Of a stretch of DNA of 55,623 nt, positions 1 through 12,377 are shown one piece after another; the first letter of the stretch is position 1, and each line of letters opens with the position of its first letter. Origin of the DNA: Prorocentrum cordatum (lineage: Eukaryota); assembly GCA_963575745.1 (NCBI GenBank), contig CAUYUJ010000147.1, positions 62,001 through 117,623 on the forward strand, written 5' to 3'. The notes below the pieces were generated by a model. It was not told the DNA's origin and ran no database searches. It saw only the letters and a list, made by a program, of their open reading frames with translations. The translations under genes and the position numbers were made by a program.

Positions 1-39
1 ACCGCACTTGTGAATATCGCCGCCAGTGGATCTCAACAT

Positions 40-790
40 GGGGCCACGAAGCGTGTGAGAGGTGCCGAAATTTGTTTGGGGACGCATGTGAGCTGTGCCA
101 CTGGGGCCGTCGGTGGAGCTCCCTGTCCTGTGAGGCCCCGAAACGTGTCAGAGTTGTGCCGAAATTGAGATGAACCGCATGCGACCCCCTCCCCCGAGGG
201 CTTTGGTGGAGCTCCCTGTGGGGCACGAAACGCGTAAAGGAGTGTGAAGAAATGAATTGGGACCCGCATGCGCCCCCCCTGGGGCTTCGGTGGAACTCCC
301 TGCCTGTGGAGCCACGAAACGTGTGATGGGTGTGCCGATATGTGCAAAAAACGCACGCCTAACCTCCATCCTGTGGGGCTTCAGTGGACCTCCGTGCGGG
401 GCCACGATGCGTGTGAGTGGTGTGCCATGGTGTGCGGAACCCTCCCCCTCCTGGGGGCTTCGGTGGAGCTCCTGGTAGGGCCACGAAGCGTGTGAGGGGT
501 GTGCCGAAAGAGGTGACACACCACATGCGAAAGCCCTCTCTAGGGGGCTTCGGTGGAGCTCCCTGTGTGGCTACGAAGCGTGTGAAAGGTGTGGCGAACT
601 CGGTGGGGAACCGCATGCGACCCCCCCTGGCTGGGACCGTAGGTGGAGCGGAGCTCCCTACGGGGCCACGGAGCACGCGAGGGGTGTGCCGAAATGGGCT
701 CGGGGACGCAATGTTCCCCCCCTCATCCCCCGAGGCCTTAGTTGAAGCTCCCCATGGGGCCACGAAGCGTGTGAGAGGTCTGCCGACATG
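40..790 (+). repeat. Tandem array of a hairpin-core satellite (diverged ~80-bp variant of the 77-bp family)
   Basis: The core ggggc(c)ttcggtggagctccc..tggggccacgaa(a/g)cg recurs about 9 times, separated by cgtgtgagaggtgtgccgaaa...ccgcatgcg linkers. The same core occurs at 28213-30472. Confidence 0.9.
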
Positions 791-869
791 GGCAAAGGAA
801 AGCAGACTCGAAAGGATGAGAGGAGAAGAAGAGACGAGGGGCGCTGCCTCTTCAAAACGAGGACCCAAC

Positions 870-1990
870 GTCCCGCAAGCTATGGAGATGAGGTCATTCA
901 ACGCATAGTCTGAGACCGGATTCACTCTCAAAACTATGACCTTGCCGCTGCAACGCCGGAGCTTCGCGGCCCTTCGCCTGGACAGCTGAGCGCCTGAGTC
1001 CCAACGAGGAAATACCTACCATTTCAGAGCTGCCTTTTTTTCTGCGCTCCCAACAGCGCGCCAGCTTGCCCCCGTACAAGTCTGAAGGGTTGGAGCGCAC
1101 AGTGCAGCCACCGCACTAACATCAGATGTAACACACCTGGCTCTGACCACCGTAAGTCGTTTGCCCTGTGCCTCCACATCCTTGGCACGTCAAGGATACT
1201 AACCTGGGAGAGCTGGGGTTGAAATTTCGACGAGTATCACATGAGGACACAGACGATAATCCAACCGAAGGCAACTTGTAACGCCTCGCTGTGTGGCACC
1301 TCCGAAAGGCTCCCAATGAATACAAGAAACATCCACGCTCTGCCCGGGGATTCTGACACGCACGACAAGACATCAAGCCATAACCTGAACGGACAAGGGA
1401 GATCCCCTTCGGCTGCGGTCGGGACAGGCCCCCAATCTGATGACGAACGATTTAGAAACCCACGTGGCTTGATTCCAGTACGTAATAGGCTGCGGCCGCT
1501 TCTAGAAGACTTTCGCCCGCCATTCAGGTTGGGGGTGCTCTGAAGGTACATGCGTACACAATGTCTCGAATACGGGGGCGGAGGAGGAGGAGTGGGAGGA
1601 CGATGTGCTCCACGTGCTAAGAACCGCACATCCATTGTGTCCAGACGGGTCTGGATTGCTTCCACTGCTTCACGTCAGGGGTGGCTCGAACCGTTTATCT
1701 GGCCTACTTTTGAAACGCATGGTGCCACAAGGGGCACGATGGTGCTTCGCGTCATCTGATCACAGTCGGTCCATGGGACCCTACCAGACTCTTGTTTGGC
1801 GATTGATCCCGTGCCACCCGCAACCATGGTGACGACAGATGCGGGATTCCCTGAATTATCGCACGGGCACGTAATCCAGGAAATCAGTCCAACATTGCAC
1901 GATGAACAACTAATTAGCCTGAGGTCGGGCACGTCCACCTACAGGCGGAGTTTGGAAGAAAAACAAGACATAGTCAAAAGTATCCAATGA
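870..1990 (-). pseudogene. Possible highly decayed LINE endonuclease/RT fragment
   Basis: Lower-GC island with broken frames. Only weak resemblances: ...SLVGSHGPTVI (SDH-like APE C-terminus) and ...KGREAPALQ (RPIALQ-like RT start). No catalytic motif confirmed. Confidence 0.25.
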
Positions 1991-2539
1991 TAGTCAAACA
2001 TGGTCGAAACATCGTCCCCAGACTATGGTTGACTATTTTTGCATTTTCCTCCTGTAGGGGGACATGCCCGACTGAAAATTAGCCCACTCCTTGGGAAGAG
2101 GCCACGCGGTGCACCATCGATCCTTGATTTGCCTGGCCACCTGGCGCCCGGTCCTGCCTTGTCCTGCCCTCAGATACTTCCGCAGCTCATCGCTGCGGTG
2201 CTTAGCGCTAAATCCTCTCGTTCGGCTTGGATCTGCCGAGCACCCTGCCCAGAGGGCAGAAACAGCACCCTCGTAGTGAACGCCTCTGCAGGCAAAAAAC
2301 ACCCTCAGAGTGAGCGCCCCTGCAGGCAGATCCTTCCAGTGAGCGCATCCGAAGAGGGACTCGGACAGGGCAGGACTGCTCAGTAATCGCCGAGGGCCGC
2401 CTGGCGATGGAAGCCCTCTGGCAAACACACCTGAACCGATCAAGGCAGGACTGATCAGTAAACGCCGCGGGGCCGGGCCGTCTGGCAAACGCCAACGATG
2501 TGGGGGCCGGGGTTTCTTCCTCCCTCGACTGCCGCGCCC

Positions 2540-2716
2540 TCCTCCTCATCCTCTTTCTCCTCCTCCTCCTCCTCCTCCTCCTCCTCCTCCTCCTCCTCCT
2601 CTCTCCTTCCTCCTCTCTCCTCTGTCCTCTCTCCTCTCTCCCCTCTCCTCTCTCTTCCTCCTCCTCTTCTCTCTTCCTCCTCTCTCTTCCTCCTCCTCCT
2701 CCTCCTCCTCCTCCTG
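2540..2716. repeat. (CCT)n / CT-rich microsatellite
   Basis: Seen directly. Similar tracts at ~3610-3670, 3915-3990, 12020-12065 (GGA), 43801-43853 (GGA), 47065-47135 (GGA), 51620-51795 and 52825-52885. Confidence 0.95.
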
Positions 2717-5700
2717 CCCCTCGCAATTCCTCCCTGGGTCGGGGCCCTTCCGTGCGCCCAGGGCGCGCCACCCGCTCCAGGGCCCGAGCTGTCCTCTGGC
2801 ACCCTGACTCCTGGCGCTCCCGCCGCCCCCCCCCCCTGTGCGCGCCCTGGCCCCCGCCTGGTCGCCTGGGCCCTCGCGGGGCCAGGCGGACGCCCTCGCG
2901 GCAGCAAGCAGCTCGAGGCTTGCAGTCGGCCGTCGACTCGGCCCGCGATTCGGCCGTCCCACGACGATCTGGACCACTGAGAGGGAACGTACAGGGGGGG
3001 GGGGGCGGCCCAGCCGGGGAAGCGCCGAGGTGAATCGGCGACACATCGCCGATCGGTCGGGCAACATACGCCCGATGGCGAATGCGCACGCTCTGTGCGG
3101 CGAGGGCCATGGGGCCCAGTGGGCGATGGGGTGGTCGATGCGCACCCCCCCCTCCCCTGAGCCCGCCCGGGCCCACTCTGACGTTGCCCCCGAGACGCCC
3201 ACGCGGCAGCAACCAGCTCGAGGCCTGCAATCGCCCGCCGACTCGGTCCGCGGCTCGGCCAATGATCTCGTCCCCGCTCTGGACGATTCGGGAAGTTCCT
3301 CGCCCACAGCCCGCGCGGCCGCTGGCGGGACGTGGCAGGAGCGGCGACATAATTGGGCACGCGCTGACACGGAGTATGGACCCATGGTTCTGGCGCGCGG
3401 GCGCCAGCTCCACGATCGGGAAAAACATCCCCCCGGGGCATGAAGCTGGTGCCGCCTGATTCGGCAACGGGGCGCGCTGGTTTTGTGTGGCAGCGGGGCC
3501 CGTCGCTGACCCACGTGCCTTTGCCCGTGTTTGCGTTTCATCAAGCTGGCACGGTGGACCTCGTCCCGCCTTCTCGTCCCCCTCCTTTTTTCCTCCGTGC
3601 CACTTCCCCTCCTCCTCCTCCTCCTCCTCCTCCTTTGTGCACCACTCCTCTTCCTCTTTCTCTTCCTCCTTCTCTGGCTCGCAGGGCGAGTAGACAACTC
3701 ACCAAGAGTGGGGGGATTACAGCCGAGACGTTGTGAGAGACACGATTTCAGCGCCCCTGAGTTCACACCCTCTTGCATCGCCTCCCTCTCTCTCTCTCTC
3801 TGTTCCCAATCCTCTGTGAGGGATGTCCTGGGCCATTTCACCCACGTGCCACTCATCCTCAATAGCCCTCTGCCTCTCCCCTCGTACTAGTACCTTACCT
3901 CACCTTTTCACCTTCTCCTCCTCCTCCGCCGCTGCGGCCTCCTCCTCCTCCGCCTCCTCCTCCTCCTCCTCCTCCTCCTCCTCCTCCCCTCCACCCTCTA
4001 ACCTTCCAGGTATCTCGCGTGCCCCATCAAGCAGGCTGCGACACACCCCGCCCTTGATGTCTTCAAATGGGCCTACAAAACAGACTCGCAAAGAGTCCTA
4101 GCCTTCGCGTACCTTGCCGTGGCAGCGGTCAGGCGCTTGAAGCTCGACCCTGCGCCAACGCGCCAAGGCGAGCCGTAATGGCCTTTGAGACGCGCGGCGG
4201 AGATGCACACATAATCTCAGAGAACAAGACGTGTTCGTGCCATTCCGCACGCTATCATCACACCTATGCTATCTACGCTCTGGCATAACCTTTGGCACCA
4301 GTGTTGACTTATGCTGTTACTGCCTACTCAGATCTGTGGCAGGCCCTTCCCCAAGGCACACGTACAGAACCGTTGTACGCCTGCAAGGGACACGCCCCAG
4401 ACCAGATATAATGATTGGCACAATTCGCCACTTGAAAAACTGCATCAGCAATGCAGTCTGCAGCGCAAGTGAACGGGATCCGCCGACCCCCGCTTGCCAT
4501 GGGTTGAGATGGTATGTGCGATGAGAATCAGGGGTCCAAAATGCTGTTCGAGGGCGGCTTCCACAACTCTCTTGCGCGTGTCCTGGGCCCTCCGAGCCTC
4601 CAGCTTCACTCTCGAACACCTCGCGAACACTTCCAAGATGCCCTGCAAGACGGATCCAGCAGGGCTCCTAAACGGCCAAGGGGCCCCAAGATGGCGTGGC
4701 CATGGAGCCCTCCAAGGGATACCCCGAGAGGCCACATTCCTTCAACATATTGCTGTTCAATACCATTCCGACGCGAGCGAGCGGAGGACGTGAGAAGGAG
4801 AAAGCCTGCTCAGAAGGCGGCGGGACTTCTCGGAGGCCCTCCGGCCTTTTAAAATATTTCCTTTGCCTTCGGGGAAGGCTCAAACAATTTCTTCTCATAA
4901 GGCCGGGGGATTTCCGAGCCTTCCGAGAAGGCTCGCCCCTTCTCACTTCCACTCCTGGCTCGCCGCCGAGCTGTACTGATCGCCCTGTCGCTTCCGATGG
5001 GATTCGGAGGCCTCGAGATGGCTCCGAGAGATCGCCGAAGAGCCGTCGAGCGGGGCCCAGGAGCGCTCCAGGCTGCCCGCCCTCCCCGGAGGCCTCCTGT
5101 GGCCCCCAGAGCGGCGGGCGGGCCCGGGAGCAGAGCTTCGGTCTCCAGGCGGGGGGCCCCACCCCCGGGGCCCCGGTGGCCTCCAGGAGGACTCGAAGAG
5201 GGGCCCCCCGCGGCCCCCGAGAGGGCTCCCGAAGACCCAGGGAGGGATTCAAGGACTCCCAAGCGGGCCCCAGCTCCCAGAGATATCTGAGTTCAGCATT
5301 GATGGCCTCGTTGTTTCACTGCATGCTACAAAGTACTCCGGACTGTTCGCCTGGACATCGTCTCTGAATAAACTACTGAATTGCATTCGCCCGTCCACCC
5401 TTCGTGGGTCGGCGGGATTTCCTGGTCTCTTGGGTGGCAAGTGAGATAGAGTGTTGCGCCTCCGCGCTCTGGATGCCAGCTGGGAGCAGAATTCACGCAA
5501 CCACGCTGTACATGCCACCCCGCCCATCTGTGTCCTTTCACCTGTCCACCCTCACTGCAACCTTTCGTCCTTCGATGGAGGAGGGGGGGGGAGAGGCGGT
5601 GAGCATGGAATTGGTGTGCCAGGAAACGAAACTTCGCTCCGTTCCCCCTGTCCTTTCCTGCTCTCCCATTCCCTTCCCCGCGCCCCCTCCCCGTCCCTCG

Positions 5701-6519
5701 CCACCACCCCTGTCATGGCCCTCTTCTGCCCATCTTCCCCTTCCCAGGCCCTCCCTCCCCTTCCCACTCCCTTCCAAAAGGATCCGCCAATCCAGCATCT
5801 CCGTGGTGATGCGCCCTGTCTCCACCAGGCCCCTGAGCTGGCGCTCGTCCGAGGGCTGGCCGGCCAAGCCGCGCCGAGCCATCGGCCTCACTCATCGCCA
5901 CTTCCTCTCCTTGCAGAAGGCCTTGAACTGCGCCTGATCGATCGGGCAACAATCCAATCCTGCTAGCACAATCACTGCTGTCACTGCGGCGAACAAAGCG
6001 TAACCGCGTTACGCCATGCACTTAAAGCACTACCACAATTCGGCAAAACTACCACTCCACTGTTCGCTCTTTGAAGGGGTGGCTGCAAATCGCCACACCT
6101 CGAATTTCATTACAGACTCCATTACGGAATCCGACCGTCTGCCCCACCCTTCCTTGAGGAACACTTCCCCTCTCCTCGTTCCTCATCATCCTCGTCCTCC
6201 TCACTCCCTTCCTCCCCCTCCTCCTCATCTTCCTCCTCGCGCTTATTCTCATCCTTCTTATCATCGTCCAACGCCTCAGCGTCATCTTCTTTGTTCGTCG
6301 GCACGAAACACATTCAATATCTGCATGACGTGAAAGACAAGCTCGCATTGGGAGACCCTGGAGCCGTGTCTGGGACAAGGTCCCGAACGTAAATGCAAGA
6401 AGCACGAATCGACTGATTCTGAACGAATTATCCCAAACTTTCTGGAAACCTCCCAAGGACAACCAGAAGTCTCACCGTGTCTGTACACCTTCAGGGTTCT
6501 GTGGAGAGACATCCGACTA

Positions 6520-6708
6520 CTGCAGGTTCGTGTCGTGTCGACCCCAGCGTTGGTTCCCGACACCGCGCTGGATCGTTCAACCTTGAACGATCGGCCGTCT
6601 CCGCAACGTCCGATCGTTCAACATCGATCGATTCTGGGTCGCCGGCGGCGTTCAAAGTTGAACGTCGGCGGCGGGGTCGCCGCCGGTCGACACGACACGA
6701 ACCTACCG
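6520..6708. mobile_element. MITE with 24-bp terminal inverted repeats and TA target duplication (Tc1/mariner-like)
   Basis: Left ctgcaggttcgtgtcgtgtcgacc versus reverse complement of right cggtaggttcgtgtcgtgtcgacc (2 mismatches). TA at 6518-6519 and 6709-6710. Second copy at 47321-47500. Confidence 0.85.
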
Positions 6709-7597
6709 TATGCAGCCATCCAGTATCGATGCCTCGCCCAAGGGCCACGTACCGGACTCAGGAGCAGTTCCAAGCACTCCTCGGAGCAGGGCGAGTCGAG
6801 ACAACGGCAACTCAGCCCCGGCCCCCAGACCTCTCAAAAGGGCCCGAACGCACCGCTCTTCCGAGCTGCGCCCAGCCGTGGCGACGAGGGCGCCCCCGAA
6901 TACCAACGACAACTGTCTCACATCGCCCTCCTCTGAGTTCACACGAGTCGCACGCTCTCAGTGCCCCCAGAAGGAGGCCCCCAGCTCCGAGAACCAGGAG
7001 ACCGCTCGCCCGCGACAGGCCGGGGGACGCAAGGGGCATCTGGGAGCACAGAGGTGTCTCGAAGAACACTCTCGCTGCAGCCTGCTGCTCCTCCCGCCCT
7101 CCAATCCCCCTCCCTCCCTCCCTGCCCCTTCCCCTCCCTCCATCCCTCCTTCCCTCCAGCTCCCTTTACACCAGTACTGTTGGGCGGAGCCCGATTGCCA
7201 ACCGCCGCGAAACCTCAAGACGAGGGAGAATGCCTTGTAGCAAGGACCGCATAGCGGCGACCTGAGATCTCAATATTGAAGTCTGGACCACATGGCTGCA
7301 ACCCTATAGCGGTGACCAGAAATCCAACATAATCAAGCACAACCCCCGAGGCCAGAACTGTGTAACAACTGTTCGCCAATAACCGAACTTCCGCACCATG
7401 ATCCTACGACTGGGATTCATTCGCGGGGGCAGGACATCCAAACATTTGAGGGAACGACCGCTTCAGTGGTGGACAAAATCCCCCTCCCTTTCTAGAACAG
7501 GGACCCCCATCACCCCGTCCTCTCTGGAACTGGTCCCCTACATTCTCTCCGCCGAAAACCCCGGGGGTTGAACCCCTGCTCCCTCGCCGCCGGCGAA

Positions 7598-7892
7598 TGA
7601 CGACGACAACAACAGCGACAACGACGAACGGGCATCGTCGCCGTCGCCATCGCCGTCACCGTCGTCTCCGTCGTCGTCGTCGTTCTCGTCGTCGTCAATG
7701 GCGGAGTCGTCGTGGGCGACGTCGTCGTCGTCGGCGAGTCGTTCGGGCGGAAGGACAAGTCGTCGTCGGTTGCCGTCGCTGGGCGTCGTCGGCGTCGGCG
7801 CGGGCGTCGCAGCCGTCGTCGCCGCCGCCACCGCCGCAGCTGTCGTCGTCGTCATCATCGTCGTCAGCGAGTCGGTCGATCGGGCGCAACAT

Positions 7893-7928
<36 letters not shown>

Positions 7929-7929
7929 T

Positions 7930-7971
<42 letters not shown>

Positions 7972-8060
7972 TCGTTGTCGTCGTAGTCCTCGTCGTCGTC
8001 GTCGCGGGCGAGTCGGTCGGGGGGTCAGACAGGACACGTCGTCGTCCTCCTCGTCGTCGC
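7598..8060. repeat. (GTC)n microsatellite tract
   Basis: Long degenerate gtc/cgt run. It produces the poly-T/S/V/D/R ORFs in the track. Confidence 0.95.
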
Positions 8061-8199
8061 TTGCCAGCGTCGGGAAGGATGGAGTTCGACTCCTCTACAC
8101 CCCCGACTTTCACTAGAGATACAAGCTGCAGCGGACGCAGGCGCGATGCTCTTAGTCTCTGCTTTGAAATCCCTTCGAAGTCAAAATGACCCCCAAGAG

Positions 8200-8580
8200 G
8201 GCTTCCAAGAAAACCGCGAAGACACCCAACTGGCGCCAGATGGTGCAAAACAGCTCAAGAAGTTCTGGAGACAGTCTCAAGACGGCCCGAGAGGCTCTCA
8301 AGACGGCCAAGAGGGCTCCATGAGGCCCTCCATGAGAGCCCGAGGAAGCAACAACCAATGATTCTCTTTAGGTTTTTCTTATTTTGAGGTTCTCGCCTTT
8401 CTTGGCTTCCGACCGCTCAAGACGGCCCAAGAAGCTTCCAAGATAGCTCCACTGCAGCCTATGAGGCCCCAAAGAGGGCCCCAAACCGGCCCAAGAGGAC
8501 GCCAAGATCGCCCAAGAGGCTCCCAAGAGGGCCCTAAGACCTTAAGACAGCCCTGAAGCGTTCCAACAAGGCTCCAAACA
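8200..8580 (+). repeat. ccaaga-based ~11-bp minisatellite
   Basis: Repeated gacggcccaaga/ggctccaaga. Same family at ~10560-11090, 14100-14250 and 33755-33800. Confidence 0.85.
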
Positions 8581-8764
8581 ACTTTCTCTTCCTCGTCCGC
8601 ATTTTCTCCATCTCATCCTTCTCCTCATCCTCTTCATCCTCCACCACCATTCCGCTTTCTGATACATAACTTCTCCCTGTCGCACCCCGAGGCCGGTCGG
8701 AAGGGCGGGCCAGGCATTGCGCCTGAGACTTCCTTGCTATTTATGACCCTGAAACGTTGACAAC

Positions 8765-9105
8765 AGTTTCACAGATGGAGGGCGGGTCGTTTTCAAAATG
8801 TGGCTCTCGCCTTAGCGCTGCGCACATTCGCAACGACAAATTACAAGAGTTTCACTGACTGAGGTCGGGTGATTTTCAAACTGTGGCTCTGGTCTTAGCG
8901 CTGCGCACACATTCGTCTAAACAAGTCAAAGGTCCCACGGATTAAGGGCGGGTCGTTTGCAAAATGTGGCTCTCGCCTTAGCGCCGCGGGCATTCGTGTT
9001 TAAGACATTGCAAGAGCTTCACGGATTGAGGGCGGGTCGTTTTCAAAATGTGGCTCTCGCTTGAGCGCCGCACACATTCCTTTCTAACAATTGCAAGAGT
9101 TTCAA
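8765..9105 (+). repeat. 83-bp tandem repeat, 4 units
   Basis: tgtggctct starts at 8799, 8882, 8965 and 9049. Unit core gagggcgggtcgttttcaaaatgtggctctcgccttagcgctgcgcacattcg. Confidence 0.9.
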
Positions 9106-10329
9106 GGGTTCCATGGTCAACGTACCAGAAGCGGGGTTTTGGAGAGATTCAGGATTCTGAGGATGTAACAGTTACGTGGATTCGCGGTCTTGGAATCCCA
9201 AGAATGGCGTTCTGGCACGATTCAGGATCCGTCGAGACGCAACACTCAGGTTGATCCGTGGCGTTGGAGTCACGGGAATAATGTTTCGGCATGCGTCAGG
9301 GTCTTCAAACCGTTGTCTTCCAACAAGGCAATTCCCTCAGAGGAAATGAACTGTTCTAGGGGCCTGTGAAGAGGGAGTTTTGAGGGAGGGTCTACTCCAA
9401 CATCGTCGATGACTCTTGGGTTTGCACTGGTCCTCCTCCTCCTCCTCCTCCTCCTCGTGGGTGCGTCATTGAGCTGCCCGTCTGTCTGTCCACACGCGCG
9501 CGATCGTGCGGCCCATGTGCACATCCAGGCTCGGAGGCGCAAACGTACTCCTAAAACTACCGTCGGCGGCGCGCGCCCAGGGGGAAGGCAGATGGGGTGG
9601 GCCTTGTCGGGAGGCTCCGAGGGCTTCTGGCCACCTAGCGAGGCCACGTGGGCCTTCTCAGAAGGCCTGCGCCCTCTCACTCGCCCGCGACTGAGGGCGG
9701 CCAGGGCCTGTGGCGCGCCTGCCTACAGCAGGTGAGACCCCCTCAGCCTACCGCGAGTCTGCCCTCTCCGCTGTGAAGGCAGGGGCAGGGCTCTACCTAA
9801 ACAGTGTGTTCTAGCTTTCGTGTTGCTTTCCATCGTTTTGTCTTTTTCCCGCCTTGGTTGCAACAGACAACTAAGCGGGAGCGGCCCACGAAATCGCAAA
9901 CACACCTTTTATGTCGAGCCCTGTGGGGGAGGCGGCGGCGCCATGTCCGCCAAGTGGACCTGGGCATCCAAGCCCTGGTTGTCCAATGTCCACGCGCAGC
10001 CCGGCAGAATCCTGCCGCCGAGCGGAAGTGGAGGGATCATGGGGTGCAATTGTAAATGGCGAGGGGCTCCTTGGGGGAGGGAGCGGAGGGAAGAGAGTAA
10101 TACTGAGAAGACGTTGACGGGAGAAGGAATATTTACGTTCCCCCCGTCTCCTAATCCCACCCTCCTTCCTACTGGTAAAACTACCCGCGCCCATGCCCCT
10201 ATCCTCATTCCTTGCTGGTGTACGACCCCCACTCTGCCACAGCACCGGCCGATAGCAACGTCAAACAACAATACGAAATCAACATGATTTTCGTTTCAAC
10301 ATGGAAAATCTACCGTCCATGTTGCAAAA

Positions 10330-11230
10330 TGCATGGCAAGAATGGGACGGGGCCAAACTTCCGCGTGACTGGCCAAAATGTCGGTCTCGCCTCGGCGCTG
10401 GGCTCATGTTTCCAAAGAATCCCACCAGCCCTCTGGGCGTCGGTGGTTTAGGGCGTTTCCTCTTCCACCCCTCCCTCTTCCCCTTCGGGGAGGGGTTTAC
10501 CCCTCCGACTACCCCCTGCCCTGGACCTGAACGGGGGGGGCCGCGGGTAGTTAGAGCGTCCAAGATGGCCCAAGATGGCTCCATGAGGGCCTCAGAGCAG
10601 CCCAAGATAGCGTCGAAGATGGCTCAAGATAGCGCGAGATGCCTCGGTATAGCTCCGAAGATGCTCCAAGACGCTCCAAGACCGCTCCAAGACGGGTCTA
10701 AGTGGCCAAAAGAGCTCCCCAATGACGCCCCGACCAGGCCAAAATGCTTCAACACCATGGGGAAACATAATGTTTTTGGCGTTATCGCTTTTGCGCTTCC
10801 GATGCCCATCCGAGGCCTCAACATCGCTCCAAGATGGCCCAACACGGGTCCAATAAGGGACCAAGAGAGCCCCAAGACGGTCCCAAGAGCGCCCACGAGC
10901 GCTCCAAGATGGGTCCAGGAGGCGATTTTGGGTGCTCCTGAGGGGGGGGGCGTAATTGAGGAACCCCCCTTCGTTGACCGACATCCCCCAAGATGGCCCC
11001 AAAGAGCGCCCCAAGAAGGGGCCAGCCGAGCCCCAAGGGCCCCAAGACGGCCCCAAGAACGCCCAAGAGCGCTCCAATAATGTTCCAAGATGGGTCCAGG
11101 AGGCGATGTTTTTTTTTGGGGGGGGGGGCCAAGCGGCGGGGACCGTCCTGTATGACTGGGGGGTGTAATCTCTTACACCCCCCTCGGCCATTGAGGCCGC
11201 AAAAATCACCAGGACCTAGCTCAAATTAAC
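10330..11230 (+). repeat. Dispersed composite repeat (non-autonomous element) with internal ccaaga minisatellite
   Basis: Blocks ccaccagccctctgggcgtcggtggtttagggcgtttc and gatgggtccaggaggcgat..gggtgctcc recur at 13830-13935. Perfect hairpin ggggggtgtaa-tctc-ttacacccccc at ~11158-11183. Confidence 0.75.
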
Positions 11231-12377
11231 GGACGCCTTTTCAACCAAAGGGGCCGTGGTGGCAAAGTTATGCTAAGCATGCACAGAATAGACACCCAAA
11301 TGAACATTACCGTCACGCCGGACAGTGAGCTCAAATCCAGGTTGGTTCTGAGGTCAAAACAAAGCGAAAGCATTACAACACATGACAGGCTTATCCAGAC
11401 ATCGTACGGGCTTATCTAGAGGTTTACCAACTAAAAGAGAACACTGGGCCGGCGCCCTTTCCGGGAAAATTACCCTGGCGACGTACCCAACCCCTGCGCA
11501 ATGCGGGGCATGAGTAGTTTGGGAGACGTTATAGCAGGAGGAGGGAGGGAGGCGGGAGGAAGGAAGGTGGAGACTACAGTCCCTTATTCAAAACGAATAC
11601 CCAACCAAGGAGGGTTGGGAAACATATGTTTCCTGGTGGGAGGGCTCGGACAAGCCACCCTGTACATAATGCAACTGACTAAAACCGTCTTGAAAGCTGA
11701 TGAAATCCGAACCCATAACTGCATATGGTTGGGTCCTTCGCAAGGATATTGTTTTACTCTCCTGCTAAACGATGCAGGAGACAAAAGGGTCTGCGCCAAA
11801 GGAACATCGCACTCCAGGCAGCTGTAGAGGAAGGCGAAGGCAGAGTGGAGGACGCGGAGAAGAGGGAAGAGAGGGGAATGGCCTTCGGACGTAGCTACGG
11901 TGCGGCCCAAGGGTGGTAGAATTTGCTGTGCCTCTCCCGCTTCTCGGGGTCAGTTCAGAGCAGCGCCGGACGAGCCAGATGCGAAGGGCGCTGAACAACC
12001 GACTGCGCATCAGCACCAGGAGGAGGAGGAGGAGGAGGAGGAGGAGGAGGAACGAGGAGGAGGAACGAGGAAAAAGCGGGGGAGTCAGAGACGTTCCTGG
12101 AGCTGGTCCAGAGTGAACGATCGAAGCTGTCGCAGCAGTGGACTTCGCCCTGCAAAGGGGGGGTCACGTATAGTGTATTGAAACCTGTATTGAAAATGAA
12201 GCGAACGTGGCCTCAAAACCCGGCACCACGGTCTTCCAAGAACCATGCTGCCATGACGGACTTAAACGAACACCGTGCTGCGTCTTGCCTTGGACCGCTC
12301 GTTGCCATTGCGCCGTTGACTTCATGCTACGCCTGAATCGCATAGATGGCCTCTGCCTCCATCCCGAGCGCGAATTG

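Noticed and set aside
2208..3890. Long overlapping ORFs (up to 438 aa)
   Set aside because: They cross CCT/GGA microsatellites, are open in most frames, and show no domain signal.
10619..10630. tggctcaag as an SL relict
   Set aside because: It lies inside the ccaaga minisatellite and lacks the CCATTT part.
11690..11750. ctgatga followed by a hairpin, as a hammerhead ribozyme
   Set aside because: No correctly placed GAAA or closing stems.
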